NCBI GenBank assembly: GCA_030644725.1
Contig: CP130629.1
Coordinates: 651,572-675,571, forward strand
DNA from: Candidatus Electrothrix communis
GTDB taxonomy: Bacteria; Desulfobacterota; Desulfobulbia; Desulfobulbales; Desulfobulbaceae
Direction: 5' to 3'
DNA length: 24,000 bases
Below, piece after piece: positions 1 to 12,090 of the stretch. A program made the position numbers and the translations under genes. Numbering within the stretch: the stretch's first letter is position 1; each line of letters starts with the position of its first letter. A model generated the notes under the pieces. It ran no database searches and was not told the origin of the DNA. It saw only the letters and a list, made by a program, of their open reading frames with translations.

Positions 1-473
1 AGGGGCTCGCCCTTGTCGCCGAATTCTGACAAGGCCTTATTCACCAGTTCCAGGGCAATGTCTTTGACCGAGCGGTCTTCAATCTCAATGCCGCAGCGAA
101 CAGCCACGGTCTTGAGCTTGGCTTCGTCCTTGATAGCGTAGTCTGGAGTTTCCCCTAACAGGGTTTTCTTGAACACGTGCGCTATATGCAATGCATGGCC
201 GCTATGTGAGGCTGTGCCGCCTGCTATTGCGCGGGCCAAACCACGGGCAACAATGGTGTCCGCAGTTGCCCCGCAGATACCCCGGTCAGGGCCTTCACCA
301 AAGGGGTCAATACGGCAGGGGCCTTGCATGCAGTGCCGGCAACAGACACCGAGTTCACCAAAACCGCATTGCGGTTGCTGAGCCTCATATCTGTCCCAAA
401 CGGTTTGGACCTGTTTGCCCCCTTTATGATTATTCAGCACATGGATTACTGCCTTGTCGGTTGATCGTTCCAT
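1..473 (-). CDS. cooS: Anaerobic Ni,Fe-S carbon monoxide dehydrogenase catalytic subunit, N-terminal ~157 codons (gene runs off the window start)
   Basis: This ORF is not in the supplied track because it is open at the window edge. My reverse-strand translation from the ATG at 473-471 reads MERSTDKAVIHVLNNHKGGKQVQTVWDRYEAQQPQCGFGELGVCCRHCMQGPCRIDPFGEGPDRGICGATADTIVARGLARAIAGGTASHSGH... The QPQCGFG-x3-CCRHC-x2-GPCRI and GICGATAD-x-IVARG blocks are the characteristic N-terminal Cys-ligand region of CooS-type CODH and closely resemble Carboxydothermus CODH-II. A purine-rich SD (GAGGTGGAG) lies directly upstream. Confidence 0.9.
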   Translation of the reverse strand, partial: MERSTDKAVIHVLNNHKGGKQVQTVWDRYEAQQPQCGFGELGVCCRHCMQGPCRIDPFGEGPDRGICGATADTIVARGLARAIAGGTASHSGHALHIAHVFKKTLLGETPDYAIKDEAKLKTVAVRCGIEIEDRSVKDIALELVNKALSEFGDKGEP

Positions 474-1061
474 CGGCTCCACCTCTTCTCTTTCTTCTGA
501 ATTACTTTTTTGTGAAAAATAATATGTTGCAGATTTTTTTACTGCGAAGCAGAATGTAAAGACTCTGTTTTTCTTACCCTGGTCTGCTGTATTATTGCGT
601 GCGTTTCGTTTTTGTTTCGATCCCTTGTCCGTGATAGCGCATATTGCCACGTTGACATTTCTCTCAACCTTGATAGAATCCATGAGAGTTTTTCGCAGCC
701 AGGAAAAAGAGACCCGTGCTTGTTGGTCGAATTTATTATGCTTAATAATTATGCTTTTATATTTACTTTGCTCTGTAGGGAGTTAAATATTACAAATATA
801 AAAATAAGTTTTCTATCAGAAACCAACAGGAAGATCAATAGATAATATTTTTTTGTAATATCGACATGTTTTTTGCGACAGATATGATGGGATGTTATCT
901 GGTTGCATTTTTCCTTTCCTGCCCTGGCAATTGATAGACTGAGAAAGATAGGTTGGAAAATATAAAAAAGACAGTGCAAGAAATTCATATCAACGGCATC
1001 ACCTTCTGGTGATGCGGATAAAAGAGCCGTATTACCGACTAACATCAGCAAATAATGATTT

Positions 1062-1976
1062 ATGGACTTTGATTTTGAATATCTGATTGAATTGTTTTTC
1101 AGTGGTCTGACCCGAGGCTCAATCTATGCATTGATCGCCTTGGGCTATACGATGGTCTACGGCATTATCGGCCTGATCAATTTTGCTCACGGCGAAATTT
1201 ATATGCTAGGGGCTTTTACTGCCTTTATCATTGCCACTGTGCTTTCTATCTATGGTTTCCCCCTCTTTGCAGTACTGATTCTAGCGGCTGTTGCTGCAAT
1301 GATTTGGGCTGCTGCCTACGGATACACCGTGGAGAAATTGGCCTACAGGCCTCTGCGTGATGCGCCCCGGTTATCCCCCTTGATTTCCGCTATCGGTATG
1401 TCGATTTTTCTCCAGAACTATGTGCTGCTGGCCCAGACTTCAGATTATCTCTCCTTTCCTGAGCTGATCCCGGAGTTTGCCTTTCTGGAGCCTTATGTCG
1501 ACGTTATCGGATCAACTGATTTTGTCATACTGGTCACTACCGCTGTGGTCATGGGGCTTTTGACCTGGCTGATTAAGTTCACCCGGCTGGGAAAAGCCAT
1601 GCGAGCCACTGCCCAGGATCAAACAATGGCTCTGCTGGTAGGGATTAATATTAATAAGGTTATTTCGGCAACCTTTGTTATAGGTTCAGCACTGGCAGCA
1701 CTCGGCGGTCTGCTCATTGCCTCCCATGTGGGACAGATCAATTTTTTTATTGGATTTATCGCCGGGATTAAGGCCTTTACCGCTGCGGTTTTGGGCGGGA
1801 TAGGTTCTATTCCGGGGGCCGTGCTGGGCAGTTTCATCCTCGGCCTGACCGAAGCCTTTGCCACGGGGTATGTGTCCAGTGATTACGAAGATGTGTTCGC
1901 TTTTTCTCTGCTGGTGTTGATCCTGATTTTTCGGCCTGCGGGTATTCTTGGCAAGGCGAGCGTTGAGAAGGTGTAG
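1062..1976 (+). CDS. livH: Branched-chain amino acid ABC transporter permease, LivH family
   Basis: The 304-aa ORF starts MDFDFEYLIELFFSGLTRGSIYALIALGYTMVYGIIGLINFAHGEIYMLGAF, which is the typical LivH N-terminal signature. It is multi-TM throughout. No livM, livG, livF or livK is adjacent. Confidence 0.85.
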   Translation: MDFDFEYLIELFFSGLTRGSIYALIALGYTMVYGIIGLINFAHGEIYMLGAFTAFIIATVLSIYGFPLFAVLILAAVAAMIWAAAYGYTVEKLAYRPLRDAPRLSPLISAIGMSIFLQNYVLLAQTSDYLSFPELIPEFAFLEPYVDVIGSTDFVILVTTAVVMGLLTWLIKFTRLGKAMRATAQDQTMALLVGININKVISATFVIGSALAALGGLLIASHVGQINFFIGFIAGIKAFTAAVLGGIGSIPGAVLGSFILGLTEAFATGYVSSDYEDVFAFSLLVLILIFRPAGILGKASVEKV

Positions 1977-2006
1977 GCCAGGACAAATTCCTGTTAACCG
2001 GGCTTT

Positions 2007-3170
2007 ATGCCCTGTGAAAAAACAGCATATAAGAAGATGAAAATTATCGGATGGGTACTTTTTTGTTCAGTGTTTTTGGCTATGATTTTCTACAAATCAG
2101 ATCAAAATACAGAAAAACATACCGTCACTGGTAGACATGTCGTCACTGGTCATGTTTTCGATAAAGCGGGGATCATCAGTGCCTCAGATGTGCCTAGGTT
2201 TGAAAATCACCTTGATCTCATTGAGAAAGAGTCAGATCTTGACATTAAATTCCTCTTCTTAAAGACAATTCGACCTTCGACTATCGAAGAGGTGGCTGTC
2301 GAAAAGATGAGTGAATACAGAATCGGCGGCAACGGGAGGGAGGAGCGCGGAGTCCTCTTCCTCTATGTGATGGATGAAAAAAAACTCAGGATTGAGGTCG
2401 GGTATGGTCTTGAGGCATACTTTCCTGATGCGTTTGTCGGCTATCTGATCAGTAATCAGGCCGATGCTTTTTTTAATGCTTCAAATCCAAGCTTGGGTTT
2501 GAGGCTTTTGATTCGAATCCTCCAACATAGGATCAGGGAAGCGGTGCTGGACAGGGAGTATGACCCAACCATATTGGATGGAGGATATACATCAGCATAT
2601 CTCTCAGGTGGTGCCGGGGCAGCAGATCAAGTTGGCATGCGGCATTCGGATTCAGTTTTTAAACGCGACCGATTGAGCGAGGAGGAGAGAAACCGTTTAA
2701 AGGCCGTAAATACGGTGTCAGGCACCTTTAATAATTATATCACATGGCTTTATGGGAGCAAGTTTGATCCCGGTGTGGATCTGTTCACGAAGAACAGCAT
2801 GTCGCTCTTAAATAGATTTCCTATGACACCAGCGTACTTTGACTACATACTCATGTTGTATGCCGGTAAACAGTATAAGGTTGTTGATCGTGAAGATCTC
2901 GCCGTTCTTATTTTTACAGATGACCCAATAATCTCGCCGATATTCTTTAAGAAAATAGATGGAATGTGGAGAATCGATATAGCGGCCGAGGTGAGGAATA
3001 CTCGCAACTATGTCGGCGGCGTTTATGTCTGGGGATTCAATCCTGACAGCACGGATGAGTTTGCGGAAGCATTTAAAGATATCCTCGTTATAATAAGGGG
3101 GTACCATCGTTTTCAAGATGGCGATAACCGGCAACTTCCAGTGAAGGTAGATGTTCAGAAGGATGTGTAG
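2007..3170 (+). CDS. TPM-domain (YgcG-like) membrane-anchored protein with an uncharacterised ~190-aa C-terminal extension
   Basis: The ORF is 387 aa with an N-terminal TM helix (IIGWVLFCSVFLAMIF). The TPM-type block reads HVFDKAGIISASDVPRFENHLDLIEKESDLDIKFLFLKT...RGVLFLYVMDEKKLRIEVGYGLEAYFPDAFVGYLI. The start could instead be the ATG at 2037 (MKIIGW). Confidence 0.6.
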   Translation: MPCEKTAYKKMKIIGWVLFCSVFLAMIFYKSDQNTEKHTVTGRHVVTGHVFDKAGIISASDVPRFENHLDLIEKESDLDIKFLFLKTIRPSTIEEVAVEKMSEYRIGGNGREERGVLFLYVMDEKKLRIEVGYGLEAYFPDAFVGYLISNQADAFFNASNPSLGLRLLIRILQHRIREAVLDREYDPTILDGGYTSAYLSGGAGAADQVGMRHSDSVFKRDRLSEEERNRLKAVNTVSGTFNNYITWLYGSKFDPGVDLFTKNSMSLLNRFPMTPAYFDYILMLYAGKQYKVVDREDLAVLIFTDDPIISPIFFKKIDGMWRIDIAAEVRNTRNYVGGVYVWGFNPDSTDEFAEAFKDILVIIRGYHRFQDGDNRQLPVKVDVQKDV

Positions 3171-3191
3171 CCTTGCCAACTGATTCTTTGT

Positions 3192-3770
3192 TCAATCGAA
3201 TTTTACTTCCGGCGCCTGCTGTTCGCCCTCCGGCAGATCGAAATACTGCGCCTCTTCCACTTCGGCCAGGGCGGCGACAAATTGTCCGGCCACGGTGCGA
3301 CGGTAGGTGTTGGCCGCCTGCACTGCGTCGTTATACCGTTTTCGTTCCACAGCGATCCTGTTTTCTGTGCCTTCCAAGCTGTATATGAGCTTCAGGTAGG
3401 ATTGGTTCGCCTTGAGCTCAGGGTAATTTTCCTGAAGCATGAGCAACCGGGAAAGGGATTTTTCCATCCCGCTGACAGCGGCGGTTTTTTCCTGCATGGA
3501 TTCAGCCTGAGAATAGTTGGTGCGGGCATCGGCTATTCTTGTAAAAATTTCAGACTCATGCCGGGCGTAGCCTTTGACCGTCTTCACAAGATTGGGAATC
3601 AGATCGAACCGTCGCTTCAGCTGGTTCTCCACCTGCGCCCATCGGCTGTGAACCTCCTCATCCAGAGCGACCGCCTTATTGTATTGTCCCGTGCCCCATG
3701 AAAAGGCACCTGCTGTGAGGGCCACAATCACAAATAAAATAGTCAGAAGTATCTGAACACCTTTGCTCAT
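3192..3770 (-). CDS. lemA: LemA family protein
   Basis: The sequence is MSKGVQILLTILFVIVALTAGAF (TM anchor) followed by QYNKAVALDEEVHSRWAQVENQLKRRFDLIPNLVKTVKGYARHESEIFTRIADARTNY, the canonical LemA core. I moved the start to the internal ATG at 3770, which has a GGAGA SD about 8 nt upstream. The track ORF extends to 3815. Confidence 0.85.
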   Translation of the reverse strand: MSKGVQILLTILFVIVALTAGAFSWGTGQYNKAVALDEEVHSRWAQVENQLKRRFDLIPNLVKTVKGYARHESEIFTRIADARTNYSQAESMQEKTAAVSGMEKSLSRLLMLQENYPELKANQSYLKLIYSLEGTENRIAVERKRYNDAVQAANTYRRTVAGQFVAALAEVEEAQYFDLPEGEQQAPEVKFD

Positions 3771-3855
3771 CGTCGCATCTCCGATATGAAAAGTTGATCG
3801 TCTTTTGTTTTGCACAAAGAGGCTTTAGTATATAGACTAAACAGAAGATCAAGCT

Positions 3856-4344
3856 TCATTCCGCAGAATCAGTCTGTGGGGATGTCGGTGCAGCGGCTCT
3901 GGACTCTTCGGCCTTTTTTTTGCGTTCAGCCGGATTGCGAATTCCGAGTTTCGTGAATATTCGGAAAACGCCGTCACTTCCCCCTGCAATTAAGAGGGCT
4001 GTCAATACTTGGCCACCAAATCCAGATTCCGCTTTTTGGCCGAGCGCAATAAGAAGATTATGGATTATATCCAAGTCATAACTCCAGAACACCAGGAATG
4101 CTGTACCTATTACTATCGGTGTCTTCATCCCTTTCCCTTCAGCATATTTTAGAAAGAGTCGCCAGTTAAATATAGGTGTCATCGCGGCTTCAAATACGAT
4201 GGAAAGCACTAAAATAGTGAGGAGAACATCGCCGACTGAATGCAATTTCGGATCGGAAGGTATATCTCCTGATTGGGCACATGCGAATACCGGGAAAAAT
4301 AGAGACAGCATCACGAGCACCCAGCTGTAATGAAATTTTTTCAT
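3856..4344 (-). CDS. Hypothetical membrane protein with N-terminal signal sequence, immediately upstream of lemA on the same strand
   Basis: The start at 4344 (MKKFHYSWVLVMLSLFFPVFACAQSG) is preceded by AAGGAGAAG. Three to four further hydrophobic segments follow, and the tail is charged (ERKKKAEESRAAAPTSPQTDSAE). I recognise no family. Confidence 0.55.
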   Translation of the reverse strand: MKKFHYSWVLVMLSLFFPVFACAQSGDIPSDPKLHSVGDVLLTILVLSIVFEAAMTPIFNWRLFLKYAEGKGMKTPIVIGTAFLVFWSYDLDIIHNLLIALGQKAESGFGGQVLTALLIAGGSDGVFRIFTKLGIRNPAERKKKAEESRAAAPTSPQTDSAE

Positions 4345-4394
4345 TTTTCTTCTCCTTGGTTTTACGTTGACGTAATAAAAAAGCGGGTTGAACC

Positions 4395-4938
4395 TCAATC
4401 CGCTAAAAAACGACGCAGGTGCGGATGGCTATAGCTGTAATAATCCATATTAAGGATCGTGTCAAATTTATGAGGCAGGAAGAAAGCTGAGTGTTCTGCG
4501 GGACTAATACGTAAAAGGTTTGAAAGTTGCATCACGGGGTTGGGATTCCGTATGAGAGTCTGAGAAATGCGAGTTTGGTCGGTTGACCCTTTTGAGTAAG
4601 CAAGTTTTGCAGGATACCCCTTAAAAATCATTCTTCGGCAGCGTTTTCGGCGGACGACCGGCCTTGCCGGTTCGTAACGTTTCAGCACAGAACACGAAGA
4701 GGGTATTACCGTAACGACGCTCTCCGTCCGAGAAAAACGACAGATCTCCGGTCTGTGATATATATTCACAGACAGTCAACATGACCGATTCGAACAGGGC
4801 GGCATCTTTGGCCCCGCATCGCTGATCGACAATAAACCGGCTGCTTCGCTCCATGATAACGGCTGTCCATCCTTCCGAGGCATGTGCATCGGTACGCCTG
4901 CCGACAACGGTGTAGAGTTCATCGCCCTCTCGTCTCAT
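4395..4938 (-). pseudogene. Degraded DDE-type transposase remnant (N-terminally truncated, at least one frameshift)
   Basis: Two overlapping minus-strand ORFs lie in different frames (4621-4938 and 4395-4769). The first contains GDELYTVVGRR...W..VIMERSSRFIV...FFSDGERRYGN...RTGKAGRPPKTLP, which are DDE-transposase-like D..W and DG..Y blocks. The second ends ...YYSYSHPH, resembling the YN-x-x-RPH end motif of many transposases. I see no terminal inverted repeats, and the family is not assignable by eye. Confidence 0.5.
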
Positions 4939-4974
4939 AACTGGTACTCTCTCCAGGTATGAAGGTAACCAGCA

Positions 4975-5028
4975 ACAAAAAAGCCCCTCCCGATTGCACG
5001 GGAGGGGCTTTTCTATTCAGTTGCTTCT
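4975..5028. repeat. Copy 1 of a ~54-bp duplicated terminator-containing repeat (hairpin 4983-5008)
   Basis: The sequence acaaaaaaGCCCCTCCCGattgcaCGGGAGGGGCttttctattcagttgcttct has a 10-bp GC stem flanked by an A-run and a T-run. It is therefore a bidirectional intrinsic terminator lying downstream of the 5143-5901 gene. It is near-identical to 6147-6203, including 15 nt beyond the hairpin. Confidence 0.8.
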
Positions 5029-5142
5029 GCAATCCTGCTTAAAGCCAAGCTGACTCAACTCGCTGATCAAAGGGATTGATATGATTCACTCCGGTCTCGT
5101 TCAGAGAGATTAAGGCGGTGAGAGACGGGGTGTACACAGTAA

Positions 5143-5901
5143 TTACTTCCCATGTACTTGTCTGGCGTAATCAGTAAAGTCTACGGGTACGTTGGGATTT
5201 GCCTTGCTATACCCCTTGCCCCGAATATCGTCTCTTGCGGTTATGTTTCTCACAAAATTACCCGAGCTGTCATGCACCGCAATAACGCTTTTGAAATCAG
5301 AGTTAGCGATACCCTCATGCGTATTCAACGACATAACCAAGGTGGCTTTTTGGATAGTCGCAGAGGCGGGAATGCCGCTCAGGTCGGCATTAAAATTGGC
5401 AGACCCCCGTGTTTTTTTAATCAGCATCGAACTTGATCGTGAACTGGTAAATGTGCCTTCGCTGTGCTCAACGACAAGCTGTGCTGAATCAAACCAAATT
5501 CCGCAACTGTCGCAGGCCATGACGGTCTGGGAAAAAACCAGGCTGAATTTACCCGTGCCTGCAGCAGCCATGTCCAGAGTTTCTTGGGGTGCATCGGATG
5601 TGACTGCTGCAACAGCCGTGTCCTCTACTTCTTCGGGCACCTCGGATGTGGTTGCCGCAACAATCGAGTCCAGAGCTTCTTTAAGCTCCCCGGATGTGGT
5701 TGCATGGGCGGGAAGGGAGCCAAGCTCCATAATCGGCGTCGTCCATTTTTCAGGCAGCATGCTGCATCCGGCCAGAGCGGCACTTCCAATGGCAAGTTTT
5801 TGTATTACCGTTCTTCTGCTTATATTCCGCTCTTGGTCAACGGATTGCAGGCATCGGGTGGTTTCATTATTGATAGAGGATTTCGTTTCGTTAATGGGCA
5901 T
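5143..5901 (-). CDS. Hypothetical Tat-signal lipoprotein, possibly with a DNRLRE-like C-terminal domain
   Basis: The 252-aa ORF has a twin-arginine motif followed by a lipobox (NISRRTVIQKLAIGSAALAGCS). An acidic A/T/S-rich linker has three short internal repeats (ATTSGE / ATTSEV / AVTSDA). The C-terminal block SANFNADLSGIPASATIQKATLVMSL resembles the FDLS-x-IP-x-A-x-I-x-x-A-x-L motif of DNRLRE-type domains. A longer antisense ORF (5192-5980) is less coherent. Confidence 0.55.
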   Translation of the reverse strand: MPINETKSSINNETTRCLQSVDQERNISRRTVIQKLAIGSAALAGCSMLPEKWTTPIMELGSLPAHATTSGELKEALDSIVAATTSEVPEEVEDTAVAAVTSDAPQETLDMAAAGTGKFSLVFSQTVMACDSCGIWFDSAQLVVEHSEGTFTSSRSSSMLIKKTRGSANFNADLSGIPASATIQKATLVMSLNTHEGIANSDFKSVIAVHDSSGNFVRNITARDDIRGKGYSKANPNVPVDFTDYARQVHGK

Positions 5902-6146
5902 CGTTAATCTCTTTATTATTTCTGTTGTTCAATGGGAGAATAAATTTTCACTAAAATATATATGTCCTCTATTCAAGTGAGATAATTCACCCCGATATTT
6001 TTGAAGTTATTGATGTTCCTCGTACAGGCATGGTAGCTCTCGAATAAAAGCCATTACAACACAATACCACATACATCGTGGTACTACAACCTTACTCTTG
6101 TCAGCGAGCCGCTCGCTCGCAGTTAAAAACGGCAAATTCTAACAGG

Positions 6147-6203
6147 CACAAAAAAAAAGCCCCTCCCGATTGCTCGGGAGGGGCTTTTTATTCAGTTGCT
6201 TCT
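6147..6203. repeat. Copy 2 of the duplicated terminator repeat (hairpin 6159-6184); functional rho-independent terminator of the PFOR gene
   Basis: The sequence is cacaaaaaaaaaGCCCCTCCCGattgctCGGGAGGGGCtttttattcagttgcttct. On the minus strand the stem is followed by a T9 run, 60 nt after the PFOR stop codon. A second 9-bp hairpin (ATAGCCTGT/ACAGGCTAT, 6204-6229) sits between it and the stop. Confidence 0.8.
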
Positions 6204-6243
6204 ATAGCCTGTTCTGAAAAACAGGCTATTTTAGGCGAACTGT

Positions 6244-9886
<3,643 letters not shown>

Positions 9887-10156
9887 CTAAACAGATTCTG
9901 TTTGTTTCTTGGTATGCAGGTTTCTGAACAAATCCTGTCTTCAGTTCTTTTCCTGCTCGACAGGTTGTGCTGAGCGGAATTTAGTGATACAAAGCAGAGA
10001 TTTTTTGACAGGTTGTTCAATGATGAAACGCAACGACAGTGTCGAAAGCGATACTGTTATAAAAGGACAAAAATCTATCATTATAGAGCATTTTCGTCAA
10101 TTATGCAATATTAAAGCGAGCAGCAGTTGTTGGACCTGTTTACTAACGGTGATAAC

Positions 10157-10300
10157 ATGAAGTATCAGAACATGATTTTTGATTTTGACGGCACCATTGC
10201 TGATTCCTTTAACAGCTTTTTTTGGGCTTGGTTCTAACTTCGGCCATCGTGCTAAAGCAATCTACTGCCCATGCATCTATTTCGCTGACTTCCCTTTTTT
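10157..10300 (+). pseudogene. HAD-superfamily hydrolase 5' stub (motif I only), frameshifted and truncated at the cbiQ stop
   Basis: The ATG at 10157 gives MKYQNMIFDFDGTIADSFNSFF, the classic DxDGT motif I context. A stop follows after a T7 run. Removing one T continues the reading as GLGSNFGHRAK..., after which all similarity is lost where the convergent cbiQ gene ends (10301). Confidence 0.45.
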
Positions 10301-11059
10301 TTATCTGGACAGAATTTCAATCACCACTAATCCCACACCTGCCAACAGCAGGATTGTCAAGAGGAGGAGGTCGTTTTTTTGCATGCTCCTTGAGTCGTGC
10401 AGGCTATGGAATTGTCCAGAAAACCCGCGCAGCTCCATAGCCTGTTGCACCCGTGCCGCCCGGTTCCAGCTTCGGACCAGCATCATGCCCAGCATATAGC
10501 TGTAGGTTCTATAGGTATGCAGGTTTGTTCCCGGCTGAAAGCCGCGCAGGGTAGCAGCACGCTGTAAACGGAACAGTTCCTGCTGAATAAGAGCTATGTA
10601 ACGATAGGAAAAGAGAAGGAGCAGGCAGAGCTTCGGTGACAGGCGCAGTTGCTGAAGGCCGTGGCCGAGCTGGGCAGCGGTTGAGGTCGCAAGCAGGCTG
10701 ATAAAGAGAAGGATAACAGCGTTGGATTTAACGGTGATCAGCACAGCGAGAAAAAATCCGGTGCTGCTTAGATTGATCCCTATAAGCGAAATGGTGTTAC
10801 CACCTGTGTAAGTCAGCGGCAGAAGAAGGCAAAGCAGGAGGTTGAAGCTGTTAACGATGAGCAGACGACGTAAAAGCTTTGTCCATGATAAGCGTGCTGT
10901 AAGCACAAGAGTAAAGGCGAGCAGGAAACCGAGCAGGGCAGGTACCCAGGTTTGACTGAGGGCAATGACCAGACTGAGTACGCCGGTGCTGATCAGTTTT
11001 CCCTTGGGGTCTGCCCGGTGCAGAAATGAAGTGCCGTCACTGAACTGTTCAAAGGTCAT
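10301..11059 (-). CDS. cbiQ: ECF transporter transmembrane (T) component, CbiQ/NikQ family
   Basis: The 252-aa ORF starts MTFEQFSDGTSFLHRADPKGKLISTGVLSLVIAL, the usual R-x-DPR/K-x-K start of CbiQ. It has 5-6 TM segments, including ...YRYIALIQQELFRLQRAATLRGF. It is the last gene of the M-L-K-Q cluster. Confidence 0.8.
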   Translation of the reverse strand: MTFEQFSDGTSFLHRADPKGKLISTGVLSLVIALSQTWVPALLGFLLAFTLVLTARLSWTKLLRRLLIVNSFNLLLCLLLPLTYTGGNTISLIGINLSSTGFFLAVLITVKSNAVILLFISLLATSTAAQLGHGLQQLRLSPKLCLLLLFSYRYIALIQQELFRLQRAATLRGFQPGTNLHTYRTYSYMLGMMLVRSWNRAARVQQAMELRGFSGQFHSLHDSRSMQKNDLLLLTILLLAGVGLVVIEILSR

Positions 11060-11242
11060 GCGGTCTCATAACATAACTGCACTGACAGATTCAACAGATT
11101 TTTATATGAAAGTACCGGATGACTCCTTGGAGTCGCCCGACGTAACTTTCATTATTTGCTGTTTTGTTGTCCCGCTCCAGAGGGGCGGGACAGGTGCTTA
11201 TATTATCGTAGAAATCTAACCCTCTGGGGGGGTTGTTTCTTT

Positions 11243-12010
11243 TTATTTATACGCATCCAGATAGGTCCAGAGCACAGCGCCCAGCTCAACCCCTTTCTCG
11301 TTTCCTTCCGGGTCCTTGATGGTATAGTCGGCTTCATTCAGGGCAGAAAATCCCCACCAGCCTGCTTGGGGACAAGCAAAGGTGAAGACTCCGTTTTCGT
11401 CAGCCTTGACGACCTGGGTGACGTGGTAATCGCTGGGAGCACTGAATTTCTTGTCCTTGTTGTACAGCTCCACTTCAACCTCCCCGCCGGGAACCGGTTT
11501 TCCGTTCAGTAAGATTTGACCGGAAAAGCTGTTGCCTGCATAATTTCCAAAGGGACGGGTCAGTGGTACGATTTCTGTGGCAAGACCGACCGGCTCATCC
11601 CAGCCTTGATCATCACCAAAGGCGGCAATTATGGTTTTGGTGTAATGGATGATATGCAAGTCTTCAGCTGGCTCCCAGTACGGGGTCGGCTCCATGATAA
11701 AGGTGTATACTCCAGGACGTTTGATGGAAACTTCAGTTGTCCAGCTAGGGTTATCCATCACTTTGGTCGCTTTAAGAGCCGGGAGCAGGTCGGTTTTTTT
11801 ATCGCCAGACACCATAAAGAATTCTTTTGGCTTGTCCAGTTTCATGCCGATTATTTCAAAGGGATGAGAAAAAGAGAGGTCAAGTTGAACGCTCTTCTTT
11901 TTTGGTGTCAGGATATTATCCGAGGGGATAATCATTCCGAAATGGGCAAGGGCCTCACCTGTCATGCAGGCGAGAAAGAGTGCAGTTGCAGCGACAGCTT
12001 TGATCTTCAT
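11243..12010 (-). CDS. Periplasmic DUF4198-type metal-uptake accessory protein (NikK-like)
   Basis: The start at 12010 (MKIKAVAATALFLACMTGEALA|HFGMIIPS) follows a GGAG SD. The signal peptide is followed directly by the HF motif typical of DUF4198/NikK proteins that accompany CbiM/NikM. Confidence 0.7.
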   Translation of the reverse strand: MKIKAVAATALFLACMTGEALAHFGMIIPSDNILTPKKKSVQLDLSFSHPFEIIGMKLDKPKEFFMVSGDKKTDLLPALKATKVMDNPSWTTEVSIKRPGVYTFIMEPTPYWEPAEDLHIIHYTKTIIAAFGDDQGWDEPVGLATEIVPLTRPFGNYAGNSFSGQILLNGKPVPGGEVEVELYNKDKKFSAPSDYHVTQVVKADENGVFTFACPQAGWWGFSALNEADYTIKDPEGNEKGVELGAVLWTYLDAYK

Positions 12011-12090
12011 CGTGAATACTCCTTTTTTAGAATAAGGTATTTTTTGGATCAAAAAATATTAAGACCCTGTTTTTTCGACAGAGGATACAG

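Noticed and set aside
169-1051. Small ORFs in the cooS 5' region and in the 590-bp AT-rich spacer (169-381, 191-559, 595-786, 612-845, 749-1051), plus a 10-bp inverted repeat ATATTACAAA/TTTGTAATAT (787-796 / 852-861)
   Set aside because: The first two are out-of-frame or antisense overlaps of cooS, some using TTG/GTG starts. The others lie in AT-rich DNA where stop-free runs and short inverted repeats arise by chance. None has an SD or any motif.
10035-10045. Perfect palindrome CGACAgTGTCG upstream of PFOR, and TCGACA/GCGACA motifs near 860-885; considered as CooA/CRP-family sites
   Set aside because: The half-site arrangement and spacing do not match the TGTCGGC-N2-GCCGACA type CooA motif recalled for sulfate reducers. 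These are isolated short palindromes without supporting context.
9909-10160. ORF 9909-10160, whose TGA overlaps the HAD stub ATG (ATGA)
   Set aside because: It is AT-rich and Cys/Ser-rich low-complexity sequence that begins at a non-ATG codon in the PFOR promoter region. The overlap with a pseudogene start is most simply coincidence.
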